Origin: Tubiluchus corallicola
Lineage: Eukaryota > Animalia > Priapulida
Direction: 5' to 3'
Length of the DNA: 64,000 nt
Assembly (NCBI GenBank): GCA_030141605.1
Contig: JAQGDQ010000155.1
Coordinates: forward strand, 248,001-312,000
A program made the translations under genes and the position numbers. The notes below the pieces were generated by a model. The model saw nothing but the letters and a program-made list of their open reading frames with translations, did no database searches and was not told where the DNA came from. Below are positions 25,902 through 37,981 of this stretch, one piece after another. Numbering within the stretch: the first letter of the stretch is position 1; each line of letters opens with the position of its first letter.

Positions 25902-28647
25902 CTGAATAATTTAGTCAAGGAAAAACGCAAATAAATGCAAGTGTACGTAACAAATTTGGTTAATAAACCGAATTACCCATTTTTTGTTTTTTTTAACAAT
26001 TCAGTACTAAGTAAGCTTTAACACCAACTGCATGCCTACTTTATGCAGTTGGTTATGGCAGAATCAGACACTAAATAATTAGAGGTATCTTAAGTATGGT
26101 CAGATTTGTTCACGTGCTTCCTCAAGAAGAGCTAATCAGCCATCGGCAGTTAAGCAGAAGAAACCAGCCAGAAGTGAATTTCTAACCACACTTCCACTTA
26201 ATTACCAGGCACCTCATTGCTTAACTTTGGTGACTACGCACATTTGCAAATATCGTGACCACTCAGCTATCTAACCCCTAAGTTAATAAGCTATGTAATT
26301 CAACATGACCAATGGGACACACGTAGCCTTCGGGAGCCGCATCATTCATTCCAGTATTCTTAGATATCTTAGTTTATTTCACTAAAGTGGCAATGTATGC
26401 ACGTGAAGAGATTTTCCTGGTATCCTTCATCCACTTACTCATCAGGCATAGTGTTGCCTATCTTTGACGGCCAGGCACAAGTGCACATGTCGTGACCATT
26501 TTATGCATCAGAAATAGCTAAGACACTCCAGCCCCTTCACCATAACAAACTAAATTGACTAGACAGCCTTAAGCAACTGAACTGATTAAGGCTGGATTCC
26601 ACATAATAATGTGCTGCAAAGAAGGTGCAACATGTTTTACTGTTATAACAGCTCTTGGTCCATTGTAGTGCCCTTTTCTTTGATGAAGTCTTCAAAGAAT
26701 GTACGAGCATTTCTCATTGATCATTGGTTAGTAATACGTCCATACAGTTAATGAGACATTAGGACTGCATTGCAATCTTATTAATCATTAGCAAGCAGCT
26801 GGACAATTGACAGAGTACAATTTGCTAAGTCTGAAAATTCATGTATGCTGCTTATTCAGTGGCTAGTGAAAGCTTTGATGGACTTATAAGTATGCTGCTA
26901 GTGTATGTTTTGATGGGCAGTATGACTTGTTTGCTGTTTATTTGGTCGTTGTTAGTTAATGGCTGGGGGAATATAAGTACAATCCTTGCTTTTGTTGTTT
27001 TTATTTAGTGGTCAGCAATTACTGGTAGCTTTTACGACTTATGTATGCTGCTCATTTTGTGGTTTTATTTGGTAATTAGTGGATGTTTTGGTGACCTGTA
27101 TTAAGGGCTAAGTATGTTGCTTATTGTTGATTTATATTTAGTGGTCAGCAAATGTTTTGATTGTCCTTATAACACCAGTACGCTGCTTATCTGATGCTTT
27201 TTATATCTCCGCTGATAGGTGGCGGCACATACGGGTCCACAAGGTCAAGGACGCAAAATGCAAAGCCGTCTGTAGTGCGTTGGAATTTCTATTTAAATGA
27301 CGAATCCGCTTAATCTGCTATATCATTTTTTTCTATAACATCCACATATTTTACTAAGAACATGTACCTATACATGATGAGTTATATGTGTGATTGTAAG
27401 CACTCCTGGGAATTACACCTCTGTTTTACTACAGATGTCCTGCTTTAGCACCATCACGTGAGCGATACAAAATAAGCCAAAAAATAAGATTAAGCTTAAT
27501 TTCTGTTCTTAGAGTTCCTTTTATTTTCTCAAGATGACAATGGTAAATGTTTTGATTGCCTTTATAACTCTTACCTCTGCTGCTTATTTCGTGATTTTTA
27601 TTTAGCGGATGGTGAATGCTTCGATGGGCTTTATTTACACACTTTGTCAAGCAATTTTCCTACTTCTGTGAAAATTAGTGCTCTGTAGCGTTTCAAACAA
27701 ACTTGTGAAAAACAGGAAATGTTACGTCCCGGGAGACGAATTTCCGCACCTCGCGGCTTCTCCTTCCATCTATATCAATCATCCCAAAAAACTTGTTATG
27801 TTGCGCTTCTAATGCACTTTCCTGGCCGAACAAGTTTTCCCCCCAGTTTTCAAAAAGAATATTTTTGTTTCTCACTCCTAAATGCACAACAGTTGATCAT
27901 CAATCCAGTATTTCCCCTGGGCTTCTTATCTGTGGAATTTTTAAGCAGAAAATTGTTTTCCTGAAAATTACAACCTCGCTTGACTCAAGCAAAACATAAA
28001 AAAACATCTTCTATCATTAGCAAGTCAGTTTTGTATAATTGTGAATCAATTCTTCTGGACATACATTGACATCTCCATCTTGTTAGTGCCACTCTTACCA
28101 TGCCTAATTTTTGACCTTGTTTTGGGACAATTTATGCAAAAAAATCAATGATATGGAAATAAGTTTAAAGGTGCTTGTGCTGCTTCATTTTTCTGACGTA
28201 AATGCACTACATTATTTACTATTACCAGCACTCTTTGAGGAAAGACAGTATCGCTCGCCATCTACTAACGTTATTGTTGAACTAATGCCATAGAAACTTT
28301 ACCGGTACCTTTAAAAATATAGTAGCATCTCGTCTTGAGATTCCAGCCAAACAGTAAACGCTCAACCACAGGTCAGCGAAAACCAAAAATACACAACAAC
28401 GAAATTAGCAATATCCCGCCAATTTTCAATGGACTCGTCTAGCCATTTAATATATGACCCTGTCAAAGGTCAAGGTAAATATTTCGTGTGTCAAAGACTC
28501 CCTTTATTCACTGAGTCTACCCATATAGTACGGGTTTATCAAAATTGTTCTCAGCAATTGTAAAGAAACATTATAAATCATTAATGTGCAATAATCTAAT
28601 GAAATAATCTAAGTAATATAAAAGACCAGCAATTGTAAGGTTAAAGT

Positions 28648-28735
28648 TGAAAGGTCATCAGCGTTATAGTGACCTTTCCTGCCCTAGTAATGAAAGGTCA
28701 TCAGCGTTATAGTGACCTTTCCTGCCCTAGTAATG
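28648..28735. repeat. Perfect 43-bp tandem duplication
   Basis: TGAAAGGTCATCAGCGTTATAGTGACCTTTCCTGCCCTAGTAA x2. Confidence 0.9.
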
Positions 28736-29399
28736 TCATGTGCACTGATTGACTCACTCGGCTTCAGTAATTTTCTGGTCATGAAGCAAAACACTTGAAC
28801 CAGATGTAGGTATGAGGGTCAGCTGCACACTGCCCACAGCCCCCTCCACACCACACTCCAACACTGTGTAAGGATAATGTGTGTGATTAATAAAAATTCT
28901 CCACTATTATAACAATTTTCTAAGCCTCTGCAGTGCTAATGCAAAAATATTATTCTTTAGCTAACTAGATCCTAGCAAATCCATTTATAATGTTGATATT
29001 TTATACAGGACAATCTCACCAACAAGCTTGTGATTATGAAATTGGGTCTTCACTCTGGTAATTTCAGTTACTACACTAGGAAAACATGCCTGCTCTTAAC
29101 CTACATACCCTATCAGGAATACAACAAAAGAGAGCACAGTCCTGTATGTTTACCTAATCTGGTTTCTGAATAGAAGGCTGATACATAATGACATGTACAG
29201 AGACTGCCAATGGGAAACCACTTGTGGCATGGCTTCCCAGCTGACATGTATTGATGCATGTGAATAGCAAGCGGCAAATGGACCAGCAATTTAACAAAAT
29301 TTTGCAAAATAGGTGAGTGACAAGTTAAAACACCAATTGAAGAGCAAACATTGAACTCTAAAAACAGCAGTTATTGCGATAGTTAGGTGTCATGGATTT

Positions 29400-30600
29400 T
29401 GATTTTCATACTAATCCAGGCAGATCTGTTTCCCTCCTATAATAATAATTGGTGAGGAGGTTCCTGTTAATAATATTACAGGGCTATTGGGCATCGAACT
29501 TCAAAACAATCTTAAGTGGGACCACCAAATTGAAAAGATTACTACCAAAGCAGGTAGACAAAGTTTCATAGTCTCGGTAGTAAAAATATATGGAGCTGCT
29601 GCATCAAACTTAGTTCGTATCTATACAACTTACATTCGCCCTGTTTTAGAGTATGCTTCTGTTACTTGGAGGTCATATAAATCAAAATGAAATTTCCAGT
29701 ATTGAAAAAATTCAAAAGTGAATTTATGGAATAATTTTTGGCAAATATTTTCTTTATAAAAACGCTTTACATAAGCTCAATCTGATTACTCTGGTAAACA
29801 AATAGATAAAACTTAACTTGTAATTTTGCTTCTACCATAATCCAGTATCATAGACACTTGCATCCTGCTTCACATCTTAGTGTAAACAATCATACTACTT
29901 GCAATTCTAAAAATTTAGCCATGCCTAAAATGCGAACAGAACGTTACAAATGTTCACCAATGCCTGTTGTAATTAGAACTATAAACTGCAATCTGGAACT
30001 GCTCTCTAAATTATAGTAAAATATTTATTGTCTCAACTGCTTTTAAACTGTTTTACTGCCTTTATGAATTTGTCGATTACAGTAAGTCCTCGCTCAACGA
30101 CTCCCCATTTAGCGACGTTTCGTTTTAACGACGCCGACCTTTTGACACCTTTTTTCACTTCAAGACGCAGGTCTCACTTTAATGATGTTTTTTTTACTTT
30201 GCTCAAGACAAATTTTTATTTCGTTAACAACATTTTTACTTAAGTTGATGCATTAAAACAGCACATATTGCATTATTCTGTTCTAAAAATGTGCTAATAG
30301 CGTAAACAGTGTAATTATTATAAACCTTTTTGTTCTTCCCGACTGCCTACTAAATGCTAGCCATAAAAACCTGAGAGCAAACTTTGTGGGCAACCTGTTG
30401 CTAAAGCAACCAGATTAAGTACCTAGATAAAATTGCCACAAAGTCGCCCAGGGCTTGGCCTTGACTCTGCATTTTGCTGGAAAGGATTAGCCTCCTTAGT
30501 CGAGGACTTACTGTACGTTGAAATTGTTCAGTACCGTTAGTGGTTGTTTTTGTATCCCCATATTTGGCACTGATGGTGCATTCTATTAATAAGTTTACAA
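29400..30600 (+). mobile_element. Decayed CR1/L2/Rex1-type LINE 3' region inside the U12 intron
   Basis: LGIELQNNLKWDHQIEKITTKA...IYTTYIRPVLEYASVTW (post-RT thumb region), then stops and frameshifts. Confidence 0.8.
30078..30515. mobile_element. Tc1/mariner-pogo (Tigger-like) MITE with TA target duplication
   Basis: TA|CAGTAAGTCCTCG ... CGAGGACTTACTG|TA: perfect 13-bp TIRs. Confidence 0.85.
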
Positions 30601-30784
30601 ATAATCACCAATTGACCTAAACGTTAATTAGTGGAAGGAAGTTAGGTTTGCTCTTAATTACATGTATAAAAAGTGTTAAGTTAAAGACCATTAATTAATT
30701 CTCAGCTATTAGATTTCAATATCAAAAATCCATCATCGATTCAAGGTCAGCTGATATGATTACAGCTTTGTTTGAAAAGGATAC

Positions 30785-31124
30785 TTCCATTCGACTATGC
30801 TGATGCAGAGCCTCCGGATGGGATTCTTTAGTGAAAGACACAACAGCGCCCTCGTCGGTCTGTTCTGAGTATTCACATTCTTGCGAGCCAGCCTCTTGCG
30901 ATTCATGGCCGCCACGGCTAGTGCATCCTGCCACGCAGTGCTGAGTCCTTTATCCGGTCCCGGAGGATGTAGCGTGATGGCTGTAGATGGCGTGTGAGTG
31001 GCCTCTGGGGCATTGCTGTGCTCCGTAGGAAAATCGGGCGAAGTGTCACGGCTTGGGCGGTCCGGCGACGATAAGCCATCTACTGGATCGGAACCTCCCG
31101 GGTCCTCCTCCTCACGCATCTCAT
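30785..31124 (-). CDS. L-type (Cav1) voltage-gated calcium channel alpha-1 subunit, exon 2 (cytoplasmic N-terminus)
   Basis: Acceptor TTTCAG|AT. Translation ends ...[52 protein letters not shown](K), matching the Cav1 signature [28 protein letters not shown]-rich against an AT-rich background. Confidence 0.95.
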
Positions 31125-31312
31125 CTGAAACATTTAAAGATGTTTTAGCAGAACCTAGAAGTAATATTTAAATGAATTTATAAATAACACCTGAGCCAAG
31201 AAGTTGGTTCAAGAAAGAAAAAATTATTTAATTATTATTTATTTATATAATATGCATTTTATCACATGACAGATGTTCCGTCAACTTACCAACTTATTCA
31301 TTAATCATCAAA

Positions 31313-31782
31313 TATATATATATATATATAAAATAATCTTTATTTGCCATAAAAATCAATATTCACAACTATAAAAGCATAAAAGAACATCGCAGCATGA
31401 GAATAAAATTCAAACAACTGTTAAAGGCAAATGCATCCAGGGCAAACTAAAAACTACTGTGCCAAAAATTTAAAACAAAATATACATTATGATATTACAT
31501 GGAAATTATAATAGACTATATACTATATATACATATAATTTAAAATGGATTTGGATAAATAAAATTTGTGGATAAATATATATTATCGTTTACGTATGTT
31601 GGGTATTCAAAATGATTTAATTTATGTATTTTTAATTTTGATTTTAATTCGTCGAAAGACTTGATTTGTTTTAAATTTGATGGCAGGGTATTCCAAAGTT
31701 GAACTCCTTGTTTAGTGATAGAATTGTTGCCGTATTTGTTATTAGTGCGTATTTGTCTAATATCGTGTGTTCTTGGATTTAA
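31313..31782 (-). mobile_element. LINE 3' fragment, near-identical to 20927-21410
   Basis: Long shared runs such as TATTTGCCATAAAAATC-ATATTCACAACTATAAAAGCATAAAAGAACATCGCAGCATGAG; (TA)n tail. Confidence 0.85.
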
Positions 31783-32326
31783 TAATCATCTAGATTATTT
31801 TGTTCGAACTGTATAAATCTTGAGACAACTGGAACCTAAACTTAAGATGACAAAGTTGATCTTAAGTTGATACAGATGAGTGTACAGATAAATGCCAATA
31901 AAGTGAAATTCGTGGCTTCGGCGTATAAATATGCATTCACACCAATATGCTCAGCAACTTCCTTATATTAGTTACTAAAGCAACTGTTATTCACAAACTC
32001 CTACTTATATAAATAGCTTCAAAATATTTGTTATTGGAATTGTTCTCAATAGAACGGTTAAATAACATTTGCATATCGGTCACACGCTCTGTTTGTTTAC
32101 GGATGCAAAATCTATTAGTTTTAGTTTGTAATTTTTATTTAAAACCTAATTTAATACTAGTTATTTATCTCAAAATGTATTTGAAATTTTGATACAATAC
32201 TTGTTAACTGTAACTGTAGTTATTTTAAACTATCCTAAATGTATGAGATACCTGCAAGGGGCGATATCTTTAATATAAATTCAAATAAATCTTACATGTT
32301 CGTCTGCGTGTCTATTATGAATACAA

Positions 32327-32329
<3 letters not shown>

Positions 32330-32357
<28 letters not shown>

Positions 32358-32680
32358 CTTTATTTGCCATTAAAATACATTGATAATCACTGATAAAAAC
32401 TTTACAGAGATGATCAATCAGTGTTAGTTAATAAAAACTTACACTGCTAAAGGCAAATGCGTCAGTGCAATCTAAACTACTGTGCAGTAATGGGAAGTAA
32501 CGACGAATATAATCAAACATATTTACACCTATGCACAAGAAAATGAAAAAAATATGATTTAATTAATATGGCCGTGGATATATAAATTCTGAATTAGTGT
32601 GTATGTTGTCGTACTGGTGTGATGGTATTTCATATCTGGTTAATATTGGTGATTTTAATTTTGTTTTAAATGCTGATAGG
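32330..32680 (-). mobile_element. LINE 3' fragment, near-identical to 24077-24410
   Basis: Near-identical sequence to the 24.1-kb copy; (TA)n tail. Confidence 0.85.
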
Positions 32681-34493
32681 GTCAAAAGAAAAAACAACAT
32701 ATATGCTTATATCTGCTCATTCTTGTAAACTGATTTCCAGAAATATTCACAAACAGAGTTCTTGTTTAATTGATATCAATTAATTAACGCAAAAGGTAAA
32801 TATGTCTGAACACCTGTTACTGCGAACGCTATAAGTAGTTTTACCTAATCAAATCCATGAGTTTATTACCAGTTATGTACACGGAACCAAGAGAACAATT
32901 CTAGCGCAAATATTAGTATAGATTCTTTTGCGTATTCATAATGAATGTGTAATGCGTGCTGTACTCACACCATTTACTCTGGCAGGAGAGAGCGTGCTGC
33001 ATTTACACCTACATTTAGTACTTGCATATTGATTTGCAAAAGCTAGCTGAATTCCCCTCCATACGACACTCGGCATAAATTTAAAACTACATCAACTAGT
33101 AATAATAAAAATGAAAGTCGAAAGCAAACTGTAGTCGTATGAGACACAGCCATCCGTTCAATTTCATTTAGGTAACCGTAGGACTCCGTAGCAATAGATC
33201 CGTGAAGCACCCACCAGGCAAGACCCGAACCAATCTTTTATTTACGATAACATACTGGAGTCTGGACCTGACATATGTGCATCTCACGGGTACTAGGCCT
33301 ATGTCACGGTAAAACTGCGGTCATCTATCCACTGCCAAGGCTCAACATTACTTAACTTCACTCACTAAATGCCCACAATAACAATTTGCCAGTTTATCTA
33401 ATTAAGGAGCTCATTTGCTACAAAGAAACTAGCTACATTTCAATCAAAATAACAAACTTTGTTCACAGAAGTCGAAATTAGCATGGATAGGTTGGCAAAA
33501 AGAAGGAATCTCAAGAAAAGCAAAAAATAGTGATCAACAGAAAAGCAAGACAAATCATCAATATAAGGCTGTTTAGTGAAACAGATGACTCAAAAATTGT
33601 GCAAAAATGATAAAAGCATGAATTTTCCTATAATATACCATCAGACTAAATGGATAAATGATGGTAACATTATTAACAGAGGCACTCGCTCCCCGAATAT
33701 AATGCGTGACATTGACCTCGGAGATGAAGGTCACCCAAGATCACCAGAAGCGCCCCCTAAGGCGGTTCCCAATCTGAAAACTCTCCATTTGGTTTGAAGG
33801 TATACCGTGCGAAAATTTCATGGTTTTATCACTTTGCGTACAATTTTTCAATTATCACCCCACTAAAAGGGTGAATTCATACACTATGAACTTGACAATG
33901 ATCATGACTTTCAACCTTTATTTTTATAAGGGCATTCGAGGTCACTTTGAGAGGTACAACTATAGATGTATATGTGTTTTATGTTTTTAAACGCTACAAA
34001 AGAGTATCCTTTAGTACTCTTTTCTTAATGTACCTTAATTAAATTTCTTAATGTAATTTCTTAAAATTCAGAAATTACTCAAGGTCAACAAAAGTGATCG
34101 ACAAGACCTACATTTTCCCTCTAAAGATTTAATGTGGAAAATTTCACGCTTTTGTCATCTTGCGCACTATTTGCGCTTAACCGCTGCATTAAGCAATGAC
34201 TGCTGCTATAAATACAGACAAGGGGAGAGAATTTGCTGATATCATATGAATGAAATAATATCCCGAATTCAGCGAAAATTTGGTATCGCAAGGCATTTTG
34301 CTACGTAATTTCGGCTGGTTGCTATACAATTCTAAATTTGTATCGAATTTATTGCTATACATTTCTGCAAACACAGAAACACTTGAAAAATTCTTAAAAT
34401 CCGTTTCAGAGCGTCACAGGAGAATCTAACGAGCAGATTGCTATATTAAAGCTGTGTTCAGGTGCAATATCTTACCCCATTTTTATTGCATCG

Positions 34494-34986
34494 AAAGGGA
34501 AGAAAAGGGAAATTTAAAGTACATCGAAAAAACTTTCCAATCAAAGTTGCCTTACTTGGCATTATCCTAATTTGTTTGAAAGAATTATGTAATTGAAAAA
34601 GAAAACTCTCAATAATTTAAAATATTCGTACCACCTGGTAAAACGGCTCTGCATCACCTACCCAGTGTGCATCACTGATTCACCAAAAAAACATTATTGG
34701 TTTTACTGACAATATACAATAATTTAAAGTTTTTAAACTTTTGCTCAGTTAGTAAAGTGTGCTGTTTATTTTTTCAAACTTTGCGCAAAGTCATCTAAAC
34801 TTGTTTCAACCAACTTACCATTAAAAGCATTACTACTAACGTTTTGTACAGCGTTACTACTAACGTTTTGTACAGCGTTACTACTAATGCAAGCCCTGTA
34901 TGCAATAAGACAGCAAGTAAGTGACGTAAAATTTCAAAACGAATTTTTTAACCTTTATTTATGAAGAGTATTTTCTTGTGCTATAA
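34494..34986. mobile_element. Kolobok/T2-like MITE copy
   Basis: AGGGAAGAAAAGGGAAATTTAAAGTAC ... TATGAAGAGTATTTTCTTGTGCTATAA, colinear with 19339-19828. Confidence 0.7.
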
Positions 34987-35721
34987 TATTATGCTTGTAT
35001 GTCTAAAAGACAATTCGAAATAATTCAAAATGTCTGTGCCAATTGATAAAACATCAATGTATTGCCGTCCCAGTGTGCACCACTGACTCACTAAAAAACC
35101 TATTATTGAATTTAATTTAAATTCTCGCAATGACCATAAGGCAAAACAAGGTAAGTTTGAAACAAGTTTTGATAACATTGTGTAAAGTTTGGAAAAATGG
35201 CCAGAGAATTTGCAGCACGCTCTTAGTAATTTATACTTTTGCTTAGTTTAATTACTATAATAAACTAATTACTATAATTATATTTACTATAGTAAATTAC
35301 TATAATAGAGTAATTTATTACTTTACTCTTCTCAGTAAGATTAAAAATACGTTTTTTGGTGAGTCAGTGGTGTACACTGGGACAGTGAGTCCGTGACATT
35401 TCAGCAGTTGGCACAAACATTTTAAATTAAATTTAAAGAAAACACACCACAGGCAAACACACAGTGCATTAGACTGTACGTCTGCCCAATGTAGACACAT
35501 TAGCTAATGAATTTAAAGTTTATGTCGTTAGCAGGCTGTAGGAGGGATTATGAGCTCAATGAAGGCATGCAATAAACGTTTTATTGATTCTGTCAGCACT
35601 TTAAATAGTCAACCGAAATGCAGCAGCATGCAAGCTCTAGAAAGAGTAAATAAACATATTTAACAATATCTAGCAACTGGAAAAATGCTGATAGTGCCTG
35701 CTTTCCCATCCATGCGCGCGC

Positions 35722-35774
<53 letters not shown>

Positions 35775-36663
35775 CATGGGTGCATTGTGTGTGCGTGTGT
35801 GTGTGCATATGCATCCTTCTAAAATGCCAACATGTCTGTGAGAGTTAGACTACCAAAATGCCTAAAACAGTAATCCTGATCCAAACAAGTTCTTAGCATG
35901 ACATCTAACATTTACTGAGAGAAACACAGCTGCACTGGTGCATGCGTGTGTGTGTCACGAAAGCGAAAGGTTCTGGGTTCAAGTCTTGGCTGACTCAAGG
36001 CTTCTAATGCCTTCCATCTTTCATTAATTAGCCTAATTGTTATAAGACAACGATAAAGAAAGAGCTACTAAGGAAAAGTTAAAAAAGGGAGAAACAAAAA
36101 GAGAGAGTATATGAAAGAGGAGAGAAGTAGAGGAATGCCAGAGGTAGGCAGACAAAGAGGATCTAAGAAAGACAGAATAGAAAAAAAGAAATAAGAAAAG
36201 GAGAAAGAGGCGAAAACAAGGGATCAAAGACACAGAAAGATACGAAGAAAAAAAGGAGAATGAAATGGAGAGAATGAAGGAGGCATATAAAAGTTACTAA
36301 GAAATTTTAGTAACAGTAATTTTTTAAGAATAAATGGGTAACAATTAAAAGAAGCATTAGTGTTTAATGATATTTTACAACTCAGATTTGTACAAAAAGA
36401 AAAAGCCAGTGTGAAAAACATTTCAAAAAAGGTAGAGGGTGATAGGAAAAGAGAGATGATCTGATTGTGAAAGACAGCTAGAAACGCCAGAATTAACAGG
36501 AAAACGAGAAACGAACCCAAACGAAAGAGAGAAAGAGGGGGAAGCATACATGCATGTGTGAGACAGAAAACTATTCATAATCGATAGTAACGAGTATTGT
36601 AAATAAAACAAGGAAGACAATAGTTAGTACGGATACAAAATATTAATTAAGATATCGACTCAC

Positions 36664-36682
36664 CCGATAACGGACTATCCAT
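36664..36682 (-). CDS. Cav1 alpha-1 subunit, probable first coding exon (MDSPLS + phase-1 G)
   Basis: Minus strand reads ATG GAT AGT CCG TTA TCG G|GTGAGT. The donor is strong, and phase 1 matches the acceptor at 31124 (G+AT = Asp). It lies ~400 bp downstream of promoter-like motifs. Confidence 0.65.
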
Positions 36683-37049
36683 CACTCGTTTTGCAGACAA
36701 ACACTCGTTTTATCAAAGAGTAGCCATTAACGCGAACATTAGTCCCGTTGCTACAGCTTCAACAGCTTGGAAAAAGAAAAGAACTGCTGGTACTCTATTG
36801 TTACTATTAACTAGGCTCACCAGGAAGCGTGTCAGCTTTCAAAACACGTGGCTCTTGCAAACTTTGGCACAAAACTTATGACTTTCCACACTACGTTAGT
36901 TTGGACATAACACCAAAACATTAATTTCCACAACACATAATAAGAAAATCGCCATAATAAGAAGAACAGTACGTGGCTATAACATAGGTGAACACCGGCC
37001 ACAGGGAATAACACAAATCAATAGCAAGCACAATGTGTAACAGCTTGCT

Positions 37050-37090
37050 TTACCGCGCCGCCATGACTATTATTTGCGCATGCGTAGAAA
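37050..37090 (-). promoter_or_regulatory. Candidate Cav1 core promoter/TSS region with NRF1-like and YY1-like motifs
   Basis: GCGCATGCGT at 37076-37085. Minus-strand CATGGCGGCG at ~37065-37056. Local CpG enrichment upstream of the first coding exon. Confidence 0.5.
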
Positions 37091-37304
37091 ATCACAACTG
37101 CGCGACAGTGTGTCAAGCTGGCCTAAAACAGGCAAATACTAAAATTATCAAGATCCGTAAGATATTGAAAAGAATTCTGAAAAAGAGACGTTATAAATTT
37201 AAAAACTAACAGCTTACTGTATTCAATTCAATGGACTTTTTTTAAATGAAACTTTACATTTTCATCATTAATGATCTAACCGTAAAAGATAAGATAATGT
37301 GAGA

Positions 37305-37945
37305 ATGTTTATTTCATAATGCACGGCAACCATAATAAATACACAAAAAATGGTATCATTCAAATATAAATTAGATGACATTGTGAGGGGAAGAAGGAGG
37401 AAGCTATCTAATCGTCCCCCAGATCAATTATTGCAGATTAACCTTGCTTGAAAGTTGAACAATTCATTATCTAGACTAAACTTCTACAACTAAGTCTATT
37501 TTATGCTAAACGTGAACAATTGTTTCAAGAAATAATAAGCATCAAATAATTTATGTTCGAATAAATATAGCAAATAACAGTTACATATATATAGACATAT
37601 AATAAAAAATACTTACATACTAAAGTTAATACTTATGAGCATATGTATATGTTTTACATTCTGATATAACACACGCATAACAACAAGTTTTTTTATAATG
37701 CCGGAGTTGAGGAGACCACGAATATTTTGATAATAAATTGTGTTTTATAACTTTTTTGAATTGATGATGGTTTAACACCTTAATATTACCAGGTGTTTTA
37801 TTAAATTGCTTCATAACGTTAAATATTGTACTTTGTCTAAATTCATTAGTTCTATGGGGTGACATGTAGTAGTTATTACTTGCATATCTTGTATTATAGC
37901 TATGAATTTCAGACTGATTGGAAATGTGGTTGAAACGCTGGAGGA
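37305..37945 (-). mobile_element. Second L2/CR1-type LINE family, 3' fragment
   Basis: HSYNTRYASNNYYMSPHRTNEFRQSTIFNVMKQFNKTP-type C-terminus; homologous to 7380-8680. Confidence 0.75.
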
Positions 37946-37981
37946 AGTAGCCTAAACCCTGGTAAAATCTATATACTAATA

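Larger units (their letters stand above)
25902..30784 (-). other. U12-type (minor spliceosome) GT-AG intron, 4883 nt
   Basis: 5' splice site GTATCCTTTT (30784-30775). Branch site TTTTTCCTTGAC (25925-25914) with the branch A ~13 nt from the terminal AG. No long polypyrimidine tract. Confidence 0.93.

Noticed and set aside
27690-27970. Possible Tc1/IS630-like transposase remnant in the U12 intron
   Set aside because: Only vague motif resemblance across frameshifts; needs a profile search.
34004-34012. Plus-strand GTATCCTTT as another U12 donor
   Set aside because: It is antisense to Cav1, has no associated exon, and sits within a small AAAAGAGTA/TACTCTTTT hairpin.
35960-36025. tRNA gene or SINE (GGTTCAAGTC B-box-like)
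   Set aside because: No cloverleaf or A-box; at most a short SINE relic.
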